This document shows positions 50,901 through 63,310 of a stretch of 64,000 bases of DNA, one piece after another. The position numbers were made by a program, and so were the translations under genes. The notes under the pieces are model-generated. The model ran no database searches. It was not told where the DNA came from and was given only the letters and a program-made list of their open reading frames with translations. The stretch lies in assembly GCF_963921235.1 (NCBI RefSeq), contig NC_086097.1:14012001-14076000 (forward strand). Direction: 5' to 3'. This DNA comes from Mobula hypostoma. Taxonomy: Eukaryota. The stretch's first letter is position 1, and each line of letters begins with the position of its first letter.

Positions 50901-52519
50901 CATTTCCCATCCACAGCCCTCACAAGCCGCAAGAGCTGACTTAATAAATGAACTCCTTCCCTCTTGCCTGGGAGCAAGTGCAGATTAATATCTGCCTACC
51001 TTGTTACTTAATTCATTATGGAATAGCAGTTAATTTGATTTGATATTATTTTAATAAAATTCTGTAATATATTAGATTGTTTCAGGCTATCAAAATAATT
51101 TTCCAATTATTACGGTCGCTCAAGCAAGTCTTTTTCACAGCGGCAGTTGGTCTGGCTCAGAATACATTAGTGGCAACAGCTTCACGCTGGTCAGAGGAGT
51201 GAGGAAAAAAATAATATGCATGATTACACCAGAAATGTTACTGCCTATAATGTGCACCCATAGAATGCAGAGACTCCCTGGGTACTGATGTTCCCCCTGC
51301 AAAGCGACAAATGTATGCGATTAGGTTCTTTGGTAAAAGAGCAGGAATTACAGTAGTTCAAGGTTAATTAACTCTTTCAATGCTGACTGTTTGACAGCAC
51401 GGTTTGCTGGCTTTGCCAGATCTGGCAGCTTGCTCTTATGATCCTATGGGAGTCACTGTTCCACAGCTGGTTACCCTTGGTGCGACTGATTGGCTGGAAT
51501 ACCACTGAAGCTATCCCTGCCAGGCTTGCTTTACCCTTTAAAATTAATTTTCTCCCTCTAGCCTCTGCTTCTAGTTCAATTGAATTGCATTTGTTTTTTT
51601 GCTTTAAACCCAGACTATTTATTGAGATCAATATTTTTAATCACAGACTGTGGTGACTCCATTGGAATGCCTGCTTCCCGATTTGATACTGAACTATGAA
51701 GATTCAGATGGACCTTTGGTGACTGGACATTGACAGAGGTGCCAGAGCTATTGAGTTGAGAGATGGGAGTACAAATGGATGCAGTATTCACCGTTGCCAA
51801 ACTGCGAGTCTTCATTGGTACCAGGTGAAAATTAGTTTGGGAATATTATTGAAGATGACAGAGCCCCTGGCAAAATCTACAAGCCTGGTTTGCACCTGAG
51901 GTTAAAAAAGTAACATAGAGACAGCGAGACAGACAGAGAGAGAGAGATAGGTAGATAGGTAGCTGGGTAGAATTTAAAGGAAGTTGGAAACCACTTATCA
52001 TCCCCACATGATAAACCTCTGCCATACCCCTAAAATATACACTACAAATATAAAAATATCTACATTTGCATATTGTTAGAATAATTGCACAGATTTAACA
52101 AGTAATCCAATAACCAATACCGAAGGTTTGGGAAGATGCTCAAATCCCACCTACTGAGCAACACAGTAACAGAAGGCTTGACGGGGGGGTGAGTTATGAG
52201 TAGGGAGGGATGGAGTGAGAGAGAGAGAGGCAGAGAAAGGAGGAGAGAGAAAGGGGGAGAGAGAGAGAGAGAGAAATAATTGGAATTAGGAATTTACTGA
52301 ATCAGTTGATGGGTCATATACTCATCCCCATAAGACCTTATGATGTCCATGCTATTTACGACGTCGCTCCAAGAGCATTAATGGGTACCCTATCTGCAAG
52401 ATAGGAATCCCTGCAATTAGATAAAACAACAATTAGAAAATACTCAGCAAAGAAGAGTTTATATTTTAGGTCAATGACCTGTCATCGTAGCTGCTCTTTA
52501 CAGTATCTATATACTCTTA

Positions 52520-52710
52520 GGATGTTACAAAACATTTACAGGCAATTAAGTAATTTTTGGATCTCAGTCATTTGTGTATTGTAGGAAAAGCTGTCAATTT
52601 GTTCACACCATGCTCCCACTGTGGAATAATGTCCAGATAACATTTTTTTTCCTGACATTGCTAAATGCCTAATTATTAGGTTAGGGCATGATCTTAACTA
52701 ATGGATCTTC
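52520..52710 (-). mobile_element. Ancient Deu-type SINE remnant
   Basis: tttacaggcaattaagtaatttttg...tgtaggaaaa...ctcccac...ataatgtccagataa, a recalled similarity only. Confidence 0.4.
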
Positions 52711-52839
52711 CACAGATCAACATCGTTCTTCACTGTACCACACACGTTTTTCATCTTTCCCTTCACAATGTTACATTTGGCAAAATTCTCCTGAAGTGGT
52801 GCTTTCTACAGGACAAATGAGGAAACTGTTCAATTTAAC

Positions 52840-53120
52840 ACACACACAAAATGCAGGAGGAAATTAGCAGATCAGGTAGCATATATGGAGAGGAGTAAAG
52901 AGTAAAAATTCTACTTTCCTCTTCTCCACCCCCCTTTCTTCTCCCCCCTACCTACTTATTCTTGTATCTTATCCTTACTTTCCAGTCCTAATGAAGGGTC
53001 TTGGCCCACAACATCAATTCTTTATTTTTCTCTGTAAATGTTGCCTGACCTGCTGAGTTCCTCCAGCATTCTGTTTGAGCTATTCCAGATTTCCAGCATC
53101 TGAAGAATCTCTTGTGTTTA
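52840..53120. mobile_element. Inverted pair of PLE termini
   Basis: acacacaaaatgcaggagg...gcagatcagg on the left, cagtcctaatgaagggtcttggccc...ccagcatctg on the right. Confidence 0.75.
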
Positions 53121-53549
53121 TGACCACTTCCCATGTTTTGGGAGCTAAGTTGCAGCAAAGATACACATTTAAGTTAAAATTCAACAGTACTTCAAGTGCA
53201 CAGCAGTCATTGGCCATGTGAGGGAAAAGGATATTTAAAGATTAGAACCTCCAACCCAGCACAAAATTCTTGGCGATAGTGGTCCCACTCTCCTATACTC
53301 CGCTGTTACATGGACAACCAAGAGCAGCATCTTAAAGATCTAGGGATATTCCTCCAAATGTTTTAAGTCCAGAGAGCACCATGTCCCTAACTGCACACCC
53401 ATCAACTTATCAGACATCTCCTGTCCCATTCATTGCAGAGTCTGAGATTGCAACATTGGCCTCACCAGCTACACCAGAACCGATAGAACTGTGGTAAATA
53501 CAAGTCATCCTCAATCCCAGGGGTCTGCCTAAGAGTCAAGGAGTTGTAG

Positions 53550-54112
53550 ACAGGTACAGCACAGAAACAGATCCTTCAGCCCATCTAGTCTGTGCCGAGC
53601 CACTTAAACTTCCTACTCCCATCGACCTGCACTGGGACCATAGCCTTCCATATCTCTACTGTCCACGTGCCTATCCAAACTTCACTTAAATGTTAAAATC
53701 AAGCTCGCATGCACCACTTGTGCTAGCAGCTCATTCCGCACTCTCACGACCCTCTAAGTGAGGTTTCCCTTATTTTTCCTTTAAACTTTTCACCTTTCAC
53801 CCTCAACCCATGACCTCTAGTTATAGTCCCACCCAACCTCACTGGAAAAAGCCTTTTTGCATTGACCCAATCTATACCCCTCATAATTTTGTATACCTCT
53901 ATCAAATCTCCTCTCAGTCTTCAACATTCTATGGAATAATGTCCTAACCCATTCAATCTTTCTTTATAACTCAGGTCCTCCAGACCTGGCAATATCCTTG
54001 CAAATTTTCTCTGTACTCTTTCAACCTTATCTGCATCTTTCCTGTAGATACAGTAGGTGATCAAAACTGCACACGATACTCCAAATTAGACCACACCAAC
54101 GTGTTATACAAG
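53550..54112 (-). mobile_element. CR1 3' fragment
   Basis: Colinear with 7220-7600 and 26750-27135, extending into the LYNTLVWSNLEY region. Confidence 0.85.
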
Positions 54113-54369
54113 AAGGAGAATAAATATTCATTATCATATGGAAAACTCTTCTGCTCTTCAGAGTGATATCCAGAAGGACAGCAAAGATTCTTCTGGAACA
54201 GAACAATTGTCTAATACGATTTCAAGAAGCCGGTGTAATGAGTTGCATTTCAAAACTTGGTGCCATTTGACAAATCATTAGATTCACTGATTTACAAAAC
54301 AACTTATTTAATGCTTACTTTTCTGAATATAGTAACAGTGTGATCACTCAAGTGAAATATGATGTTCTC

Positions 54370-54662
54370 CTGAAGCATGGGCAGCCACCACATGGTCCTT
54401 GACTGATCAGGGGCAGGGTCCAGTGGCATGGAGTGCAACACCACTGGGGACCCTTCACTGCTACAGCCTTCATCCACCTTCAATGCCACTGTGTTGTGTC
54501 ATCTTCTTATTTGTCTAGAAAATCCCCCTTATTCTTACGCCATGGGAGACCCTACCAGGAGTTAAATACCAGATGGCTGAACTCTAGTTGGCATAGCTCT
54601 TGGGATCTCAGGAACTCACAGGCCCCTCTATCGAAGCAAGCTGATGCTCCTCGGAGAATCCA
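54370..54662 (-). mobile_element. RTE 5'-UTR-derived repeat, family B
   Basis: Colinear with 29250-29543. Confidence 0.65.
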
Positions 54663-56274
54663 GAATATAGGTATCTTGGAGAAGGCACCATCTATTGCCC
54701 TCTCAATGGTGTTCCAATGGTGAAGGGTGATGGAAAAGATCATATTGAAGTGGATTGAGTGTTTCTGGAGCAACACTGATCCCAAACATATGGAGAGTAA
54801 TAGAGTGCATTCCCAAACGGTGCCTTGTAACCGATGGGAGGATATACTAATTGCAGGTATATAAACTGCTCTTGTAGCAGAATTATTCACGTGGCCAGTC
54901 CGGTTGAGCTTCTGGTCAATGATAACCTCCTGGACCTTGGTGGTAAGCCATAATAAAGCTGTTGAGCATTAGGGGTGCAATGGCTGGAGATTGGAGACGC
55001 TATATAATTTCTTATCAGAGCCAGTGAGACACAATTGTTACCTTATGTAAAAAATTGCTGCAACTTTCTGTGCTTGTGTAATCCTAAGTGGAACAGGAAG
55101 TTGTGGAGTGGGATATTACAACGTTAGCCTAGGGTGCTCTGTTCTATCTGGCTAGTTACTTTAAAATAACCAGGAACAGAAACATTTAAGAAAGGCCACT
55201 GAAACTCTGAACTATGAAATCCGAACTGATGCTGCAAACTATGGACTCATTTTCAAACACTCTACAACTCTGGTTCTCAATATTATTTATTTATTTGTTT
55301 ATTTATTTATCTATCTATCTATCTATCTATCTATTTACTTACTTACTTGGTATTTGCTGAGTTTGTCTTCTTTTTGCACCCTGGTTGTCATCCTTTGTGT
55401 GTAGTTTTCTTTGTCATGTATTTCTTTGTTCTACTGTGAATGCCTGCAAGGAAATTAATCTCAAAGTTTAAAGTATGTATAGTGATATGAATGTACTTTG
55501 AACTTCGAACTTTGAGCAATGGTGCTGTTCTAGGCTTAGGTTCCAGCTACTCTGATAGACTGGCTGCTGTTGCATCCCCATCTTGAGCTCCCTTGGTCTC
55601 CACCAGGGAGGCAGCAGAGTTTCTGACACTCGGCCACTTGGAGCCAGAACTGAATGTATGTCAGCCCGAATCCCACTTGTCCATCACTGGGAAATGGGTA
55701 TGCATAGCCAAACTGGGGAAGGATTATCATTGGAGCCATGTCCAATGTCAAGTCAGGTCAAAGAATGCTTATAGATTCAAGACTCGGCAGGAAGAGAAGA
55801 AGGCAGAAAATTAAAGATTTCAGAAGATTGAAAGGTCTCTTTTTTTTCAGTGGAACTCTATGGTGTACAGATGAGAGCAATTCCACTTCAGATGCCCATT
55901 GCCCAACTTCCGATCCATAAAACAGCAACAGATAGTGGCCATCACTATCCGTTTATAAAATTCAGTCACCAAAGCTAGTCAGTGGTGTTTTTGTTTTAAA
56001 CGAACACATAACTAATGCAGGGTCAATAGAGTGCCACATGAATTAACCAAAGTATAGGAAATGGCAAAAAGTTTAATAATGGTGGAGGTGCTGTGATGCT
56101 CTTCATTTTGTATGGACCTACCTATTTCCTCTGGCTAATTTTAGTATCCACATTCCATCCACAGGAGACCACAAAATCAGAACAACAATCACATCAGATC
56201 TGTGGAGTCAATCATAAATACCCACTGATCATTAAAGGTACATTAATCAGGACACCACAGTATCGTAGAAATTT

Positions 56275-56520
56275 TTAGTGTGATGCTATTACAGCTCGGG
56301 GCATCAGAGTTCAGAGTTCATTTATAGCATCCTCTGTAAGAAAGTTTGTACATTCTTCCCATGAGCAATCTAAAGATGTACAGGTTAGTAAGTGAATTGA
56401 TTATTGTAAATTGTTCTGTGATTAGGCTAGGGTTAAATCACTGGGTTGCTGGGCGATGCGGCTTGGTAAGCCAGCAGGGCCCATATTGCGCGGTATCACT
56501 AAAGAAGTAAATAAATAAAT
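56275..56520 (+). mobile_element. V-SINE (internally deleted)
   Basis: gagttca...agtttgtacattcttccc...gattaggctagggttaaatc and a taaa tail. Confidence 0.7.
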
Positions 56521-57924
56521 CCAAGCTACATTCTCTAGCACACCACTTAGCTAGCTTGGAAAGGAATGCTGTCTTCAATAGTCGTACCAATGCAACTTTC
56601 TTTTCAGCCTATTGCTCAGTGCACGTCACACCATAGGGTTTTGGTGAGGATCTCATGCCCTAATGAAGGTGTGGACTTTAAAAATTAGACAGCAGGTTTC
56701 AATAACACATCCTGTACAAAAGTGTTTATTGTGTGCCAGGGGTGGAAAACTTTTAGAAAAAGTGTAAAAATATTTACAGTGTAAAAAAATGGCAACAAAG
56801 AAAAATGCACATATATGCCATCAGGCCTTTCAGACTACAACTCAAAAACATCAGTCTGAAGTAATACACCTCAAACTACCATCCCTCTTCACTTACACCA
56901 AAATGAGCCTTTAAGTAAGGGTCTCTTTACTCTCGGATAAAAGGGATAGTACGTTCAGTGGAATGTGGGAGTGGAGGCAGTTGTCACCAAAAGACAAGCA
57001 AATACATTTTTCACAATAAGATCTCAATGACATTGCACAACAAAATTAAACAATAACTAATTATTTTCCAAGAGCCAGCGCTCTCCCCCATCCCCCAAAC
57101 TGAACTCTTCCTCTGAGCCAGCACCGAGCATGGGCCACCACAAACAGGCACCTTTTTGAAGTCACCCCACCCATCAGTCAGATCCCCTCCCTGAAACTGG
57201 GACGAATAACAAACAGAGAATGCCACTGTCCTGGAGTGTGCAACGACAAAGAAAACTGTCTGTGCTGTGCATTAGCCTAGTGTGTGCGCCCGATAAGCAT
57301 AACGTCAGCACTGCCAGACAGGGGCAATGAGAATTACAGGGCTACTTGATGCCGGGGGGGGGGGGTGTTAGGAAGAAATTACTTGTGTCAGACCTGCTCT
57401 GTCACATCACTCTTTACCTAAGAGAACAGTTTGAGATTCATTTTGCAAAATTAAAACAGTTAACATCCTGAAGTACCTAGATAGTTGGAATGAGCCCTGG
57501 GACTCAAGACTACCTAGGAAATATACCCCCGCAATGGCAAAGCCGCTTTCACTTCCCTCAGCCAGTATATATTGTTCAGCTCAGTGCTCTCAGAGGAATG
57601 CCCATTCTGATTGACACAATACGTACATTTTATCATTATATTGTTGCTCCAAGGAGGTTAACCAAGGCATATCCTTGGTATTGTCCATGGGACCAACTGG
57701 GACCAATCAGCTTAGCCAAATTCTGGCTATCATATTTGACTTGTGGTATCCAAACCACAAACTGGAGCTAACATTCACGTACTGAATTAATCATATGTTT
57801 AGAGAGTTTTCTTTAAACAAACACTGAAAAACATCAAGGATGAATCCTTTGTGCCTTTTGTAAGCATCTACCTTACTTTACATTAGGTGGATGCTGCCTG
57901 AACTAGAGGGCATGAGTTATCTAG

Positions 57925-58960
57925 TCACCGGCAGTCAACTAAAAAGGCTCCCTTTATTCCCAATCTTCGCCTCCTGCCAATCAACCACTGCTTTATCCAT
58001 GCTAGATTCTTCCCTGTAATACCATGGGCTCGTAGCTTGTTAAGCAGCCTCACGTGTGGCACCTAGTCAAAGGCCTTCTGAAAATCCAAGTACCCAACAT
58101 CAACCGGTTTTCCTTTTTCCATCCTGTTGATTACTTCTTCAAAGAATTCCAACAGATTTATCAGGGAAGATTTTCCCTTGAGGATGCCATGCTGATTATG
58201 GCCTATTTTATCATGTGTCTCCAAGCACACAGAGCTTTCAACCTTAATAATTGACTCCAACATCTTCCCAACTACTGAGGTCAGACTAACTAGCCTATAG
58301 TTTCCTTTCTTCTGCCTCTCTCCCTCTTGAAAAGAGGAGTGAAGTTTGCAATTTTCCAGTCTTCTGGAACCATTCCAGAATTTTATGGTTCTTGAAAGAT
58401 CATTACTAATGCTTCCATGATCTCTTCAGCCACCTCTTTCAGAACTCTGGAGTGACTTATCTAACTTCAGACCTTTCAGTTTCCTAAGGACCTTCTCTCT
58501 AGTTACGGTAACTTCACACACTTCATGCCCCCTGACACCTGGAACTTCCACCATACTGCTAGTGTCTTCCACAGTGAAGACTGATGCAAAATACTTATTT
58601 AGTTCATCCACTATTTCATTGTTCCCCATTACTACCTCTCCAGCATCCTTTTCCAGTGGTCCAGTGTACACTTTTGCCTCTCTTTTACACTTTATGTATC
58701 TTGTAGATTTGGAGAATGGGCAAAGAAATGGCAGATGGAATACAATGTCAGGAACTATACATTCATGTACTTTGGTAGAAGAAATGAAAGGGTTTACTGC
58801 TTTCTAGATGGAGAGAAAATACAAAAAACGGAGGTGCAAAAGTATTTGCAAGTCCTGTGCTGGATTCCCTAAAGGTTAATTTGTAGGTTGAGACTGTGGT
58901 GAGGAAGGCACATGCAATGTTAGCATTCATTTCAAGAGGAGCAAAATATAAAAGCAAGGA
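57925..58960. mobile_element. CR1 ORF2 internal fragments in inverted arrangement (57925-58700 minus; 58703-58960 plus)
   Basis: Minus strand: ELNKYFASVFT...QHG.LKGKS.L.NLLEFF...YLDFQKAFD. Plus strand: EWAKKWQMEYNV...MLAFISRG. Confidence 0.85.
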
Positions 58961-59613
58961 TTGTCACAAATTCCTTGACTTCAGATACTTCAAGGTGTTG
59001 ACTGTTATAGTTTTGCGGTGAAGAATTTAAACTTTTTCATCAGCTCTGTAAAACCTGCAACAGGACAATACAATTCAGTGGTGCTAAGTCATTATAACCT
59101 TGCTTTCTACATCAGAGATCCACCACAATGATACTTCACATTTATGTAATGCCTTTAAGAATTTGAGTGTTTCAGAATATGGAAATGGGAGCCACAAGCC
59201 TACTTTTTCATTCAGTTAAGATCAAAGTTTCAAAGTACATTTAATATCGGAGTACGTATACAGTATACAACTTGAAATTCGTCCTCTTCACAGAAGTCTG
59301 CCAAACAAAGAACCCCCACAGTGCAATAGAAACATTGAAGCACGGAAGGTCCCGCCCCTTCTCCACCCTTAGCATAAGTAGTAGCAAAACGTCGACACCC
59401 CCACTCCCATCCACACAAGCAGAAGCACCGAACCCCCACGCCCCACCACTGAGTAGCAGCAGAACCATGAAAAAGTCCATTGATCCAGAGTCCATCAAAT
59501 TATAGTCTACAAACTGCACTTGGTTTCTCAGACAGGCTGTAATTATACACCAAACCAGGTAGAAACTTTCTAAGAACCACTTGGACAGGTACATGGATAG
59601 CAAGGGTTGAGAT

Positions 59614-59693
59614 CAGGGGTTCCCAACCTTTTTTATGCCGTGGACCAATACCATTAAGCTAAAGGCCCATGGACCCCAGGTTGGGAACTCCTG
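59614..59693. mobile_element. 80-bp hAT (Charlie-like) MITE inserted in a CR1 3' tail
   Basis: TIRs caggggttcccaacct and aggttgggaactcctg. Degenerate 8-bp TSD gttgagat / gtttagag. Confidence 0.85.
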
Positions 59694-59742
59694 GTTTAGA
59701 GGGATATGGACCAAATGCAGACAAATGGGACTGATAAAAATC

Positions 59743-59856
59743 AGGCCGAAATGTCGACTGTACCACTTCCTAGAGATGCTACCTGGCCTGCTGCGTTCAC
59801 CAGCAACTTTGATGTGTGTTGCTTGAATTTCCAGCATCTGCAGAATTCCTGTTGTT
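59743..59856 (+). mobile_element. Young PLE terminus truncated within the hammerhead motif
   Basis: ggccGAAAtgtcgactgtacc...gcgttcaccagcaac...ccagcatctgcag. Confidence 0.8.
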
Positions 59857-60892
59857 GGTCTGTTACCATGATGTGCAATTCCATGATTCTTGCTTCCTTA
59901 TTCTATTCCACCAGAGCATTCCTTGAAAATAGTGGTGCATTTCTGGTTACGAGGCATTATCAAATAAGAAACTTTTTAGGAAAGACAGGTCAATCGAAAA
60001 GTTTGGTCAAATGGCTGGTTTGTATAAAGAGTCTCAAGGAATAAAAGGGGAAGTGGAGAAGATTGAGGAGGAAATATCTATAAAGGTGTTCCTGGGCTGT
60101 GAGAAACAATGGAAAAGATGATGAAGTTGCAGAGAAGCCTTAAGAGACTAGGAGATCTTCAGACCTGGAGGGTGGTATGGAAAAAAGGAAAAAAGGAAAG
60201 GGGTAAGCCGCTGAGAAGTTTGAAATTAAAAATGTTCATTTTAAAATGGACTCACTATTGGACCAGGAGCTAATGGAAAGCGATGAGCACAGTAGGTGTG
60301 GGACTAATGGGATCTAGTAAGAGCTTGAATATGAGTTGGCGGATTTTTGAGTGAGCTGGAGTCAATGGAGGCTGAAGATGCAAACCTTGCCAGCGGTCAA
60401 AATGAGAACCAAAACAATGTGCGGCTTCCAGCAGAAGAGCTGAGGCAGGAGGAGGGTCAACCAATAATAAAAGGCATTTAAGTGTAAGTCTTCCCACTCA
60501 CTCATAGTCTAATGTTATTTACTTTAGATCTGTATATCATGAAGAATAATAAATATCTGACAGTACACAACTATTCAATATTGAAATTTTGCTGATGTTC
60601 ATAAACCACTCACACTTCAATCTTGTGGTCTGTGACGTCACTGTGATCACTGTTTGGAAATAGTAATTGTATCTCTCTGCCAGTCATTCATTTGCCTTAA
60701 GTATAGGGTTTGTCAAGATAAAGTGAAGATACAGGCAAGGTAGGGCAGGGCCAACAAGTGAGTAGCACTTAGTGTTTAGGATGATGCTTACTGAAGCCGG
60801 AGCCATCTAGGTAGAGAATTGGATCATCATTGGGGATGACTAATTCAGCATCACTTGTGTTAAGGTAGAAAGGGCACTGTGGCAGTGATGAA

Positions 60893-62597
60893 AGATGGAA
60901 GATATACTGGCATTGGGGCGGATCCAGAGGAGGTTCACGAGTAAGATCCCAGGAATGAAAGAGTTAACATATGAGCAGCGTTTGATGACTCTGGGCATGT
61001 ACTCGCTGGAGTTGAGGAGAATGAGGGGGGATCTTATTGAAACCTATCGAAAATTGAAAGGTCTGGATAAAGTGGATGTGGGGAGGATGGTTCTGATAGT
61101 GGGGGAGTCTAGCAGCAGAGAGCACAGCTTCAGAATTGAGGGACATTCATTTACAACAAAGGTGAGGAAAAATTTCTTTAGCTCAAGGATGGTGGATTTG
61201 TGGGCTTCTTTGCCACAGGCAGTTGTGGACACCAAGTCGTTGGACATATTTAAGGTGGAACTTGATCATCATCATCATCAGGTGCCATGCCCAGATTAAG
61301 CTTTGACTACCATGGCCCGCACACTCCAGTTTCGGGTCAAGTGGATCAATTCATTGGTATTCATTTCCAGTACTCTGGCTGCTGTCTCCATCATCATTTG
61401 TCTTTGCCTTCCTTTTGCTTTCTTCCCTTCAATCTTCTCCATAATTAGCGTGCATTCAAACTCCTCTTTCCTAATCACATGTCCAATGAAGTTACATTGC
61501 CTTTTCATGATCTCATACATTATTTCTCTTTTTGTGCTTGCTCTGTTCATGACATCCTCATTAGATATTCATTTTGTCCATGATATTCTTTGCATCCTCC
61601 TGAAAAAACACATCTCTGCTGCTTCAATTCATTTCCTCATGTTACTAGATATTGTCCAACATTCTGATCCATATAGCATAACTGGATAAACGTAACATTT
61701 CAGTACTCTGAGGCAGGTTGTCATGCCTAGCTTAGTGTTGGTCAGTATACTCTTCATTCTTGTAAAGGTGTCTTTTACCATCCCTATTCTTCTTTTGATG
61801 TCCATGTCGCACCTGCCATCTGATGTCACCCAGCTTCCTAAGTAGCAAAAGTTCTGTACTTGTTTTATGTCTTCCCCATTTATTTTCAGCCTGCAGATAG
61901 GATTCTCTTTCTTTTTGGATATCACCGTACATTCTGTCTTTTTGCAATTGATAGATAGACCCATTTCTGCTGCCCAGAATCAACCCTACCGAGCAAAGCA
62001 TCTTCAGAATTGTCTTGAAGGTCCTCTTGACGCTGTTGTTGTGCGATACATTTTGTGAGTTTGACCTTGGTTTTCTAAGCAAATAGATTCTAGGAAACCT
62101 AATATCTAACAACAGTGGTTTGCTATTGCCTTCCATTGGGCGAACTGAAGAAATCGCCATTTCCCTTCCCAAATGTTCATCCGCCTGTACTATAGCCGTT
62201 GTCATATGAGGTCGTAGCTAATCAGCCTTCCCCATCATAAGTTCAGTTACTGAACCTGCCGGATCTGCCGTTGGCCTTCACTCGTATCTTGAGCAGGAAC
62301 CCTTGCAGGTGCTACTGTTCTGGATCAGAGCAGTCAGGGAGTAATGAATGACTAAGGGGTAACTCCATTTTCCCCAGAGCTCTGAAAGTCCCCAATCAGA
62401 GCCTCATCACCGGTTGCAGTTTAGAGTTATACCTAGGACGCTGAGCTTGTTAAGTTTTTGATTAATCAGGGTGTTAACGGTTATGGGGATAAGGCTAGAG
62501 AACTGGGTTGAGAAGGATAATAAATCAGCCATGATGGAATGACAGAGAGAGTCAATGGGCTGAATGGCCTAATTCTGTTCTTATGTCTTATGGTCTT
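60893..62597 (+). mobile_element. CR1 3' fragment (60893-61266 plus about 62441-62597) split by an RTE insertion
   Basis: EDILALGRIQRRFT..IPGMKELTYEQRL...DIFKVELD. The CR1 tail resumes after the insert and ends in cttatg repeats. Confidence 0.9.
61267..62440 (-). mobile_element. Internally deleted RTE-clade LINE (5' UTR joined to the RT C-terminal region and 3' tail)
   Basis: GLSIN.KKT, FCYLGS.VT.DGRC..DIKRRIG, MLYGSECWT, GHVIRKE and EGKK.KGRQR motifs. (gat)n tail. Degenerate TSD gaacttgat / gagcttgtt. Confidence 0.88.
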
Positions 62598-63049
62598 CAT
62601 AATGGAAGGGATACAAGGGAAAAGCTACTTGAATGCCAATATTACTGTTAAATTAATAAAATTAAAAAGAAAGCACAATCAGAAGCAAGGATTACAGTGA
62701 TTTGATCCTGCTGGAGACAATGACCCTGGGTAACTACACAGAATCACCAGCTAGCTGAAGTGAGACCAGGGGCAGTTCCTGATCAGGGGAGGATGGATAC
62801 ACTTCTTACCTGGCCTCTCACATTTAGTCAGCTATGACTGATATATCATTAAAGATGGATGAAAAAGTGTCAGGAGCTATGAAAAGGTTATCAGGGCTAC
62901 CCTTCATCCTACTCCTCCTGAGGCCTACTCACAACTCTTGGTCTGCTCTCCTTTGCAGAAAGGCCACAGTGGCAAGTCCTTGAAGTGACTGGGAGTCGCA
63001 AAGCTTCAGAAGTTAAGTGAAACCATTGGGGGAAGAGCAAGGAATGTAA

Positions 63050-63310
63050 AAAGGCTAGAGGGGCTTTCAGTCAACAGTAAAGGAAAGGGAGGATGGAAGG
63101 CAATGAAGGAAAGAGTCAGAAATAAAATTGAATAGAGGACAAGAAAGAGGCAGCAAGAAAATAAATGAGAGAAAAACAGAGATAGAAAGGCAGAAATAGA
63201 GAGGTAAAATGAGGGAAAGAGAGAGAATGAAATAGAAAGAGAGAAACGACACAATGTGAGAGAGAAAGAAGAGAGGGGGAAAGGAAGAAAGAAAAAAGAA
63301 AAAAGTTTGA
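63050..63310. repeat. GA-rich low-complexity tract
   Basis: Visible purine-rich run. Confidence 0.8.

Noticed and set aside
50568..50988. His/Thr- and Cys/Val-rich ORFs
   Set aside because: They are translations of the (CA)n/(CG)n microsatellite.
51646..51824. Possible exon bounded by tttttaatcacag and gtgaaa
   Set aside because: All three frames contain stops. At most it is a non-coding exon, without support.
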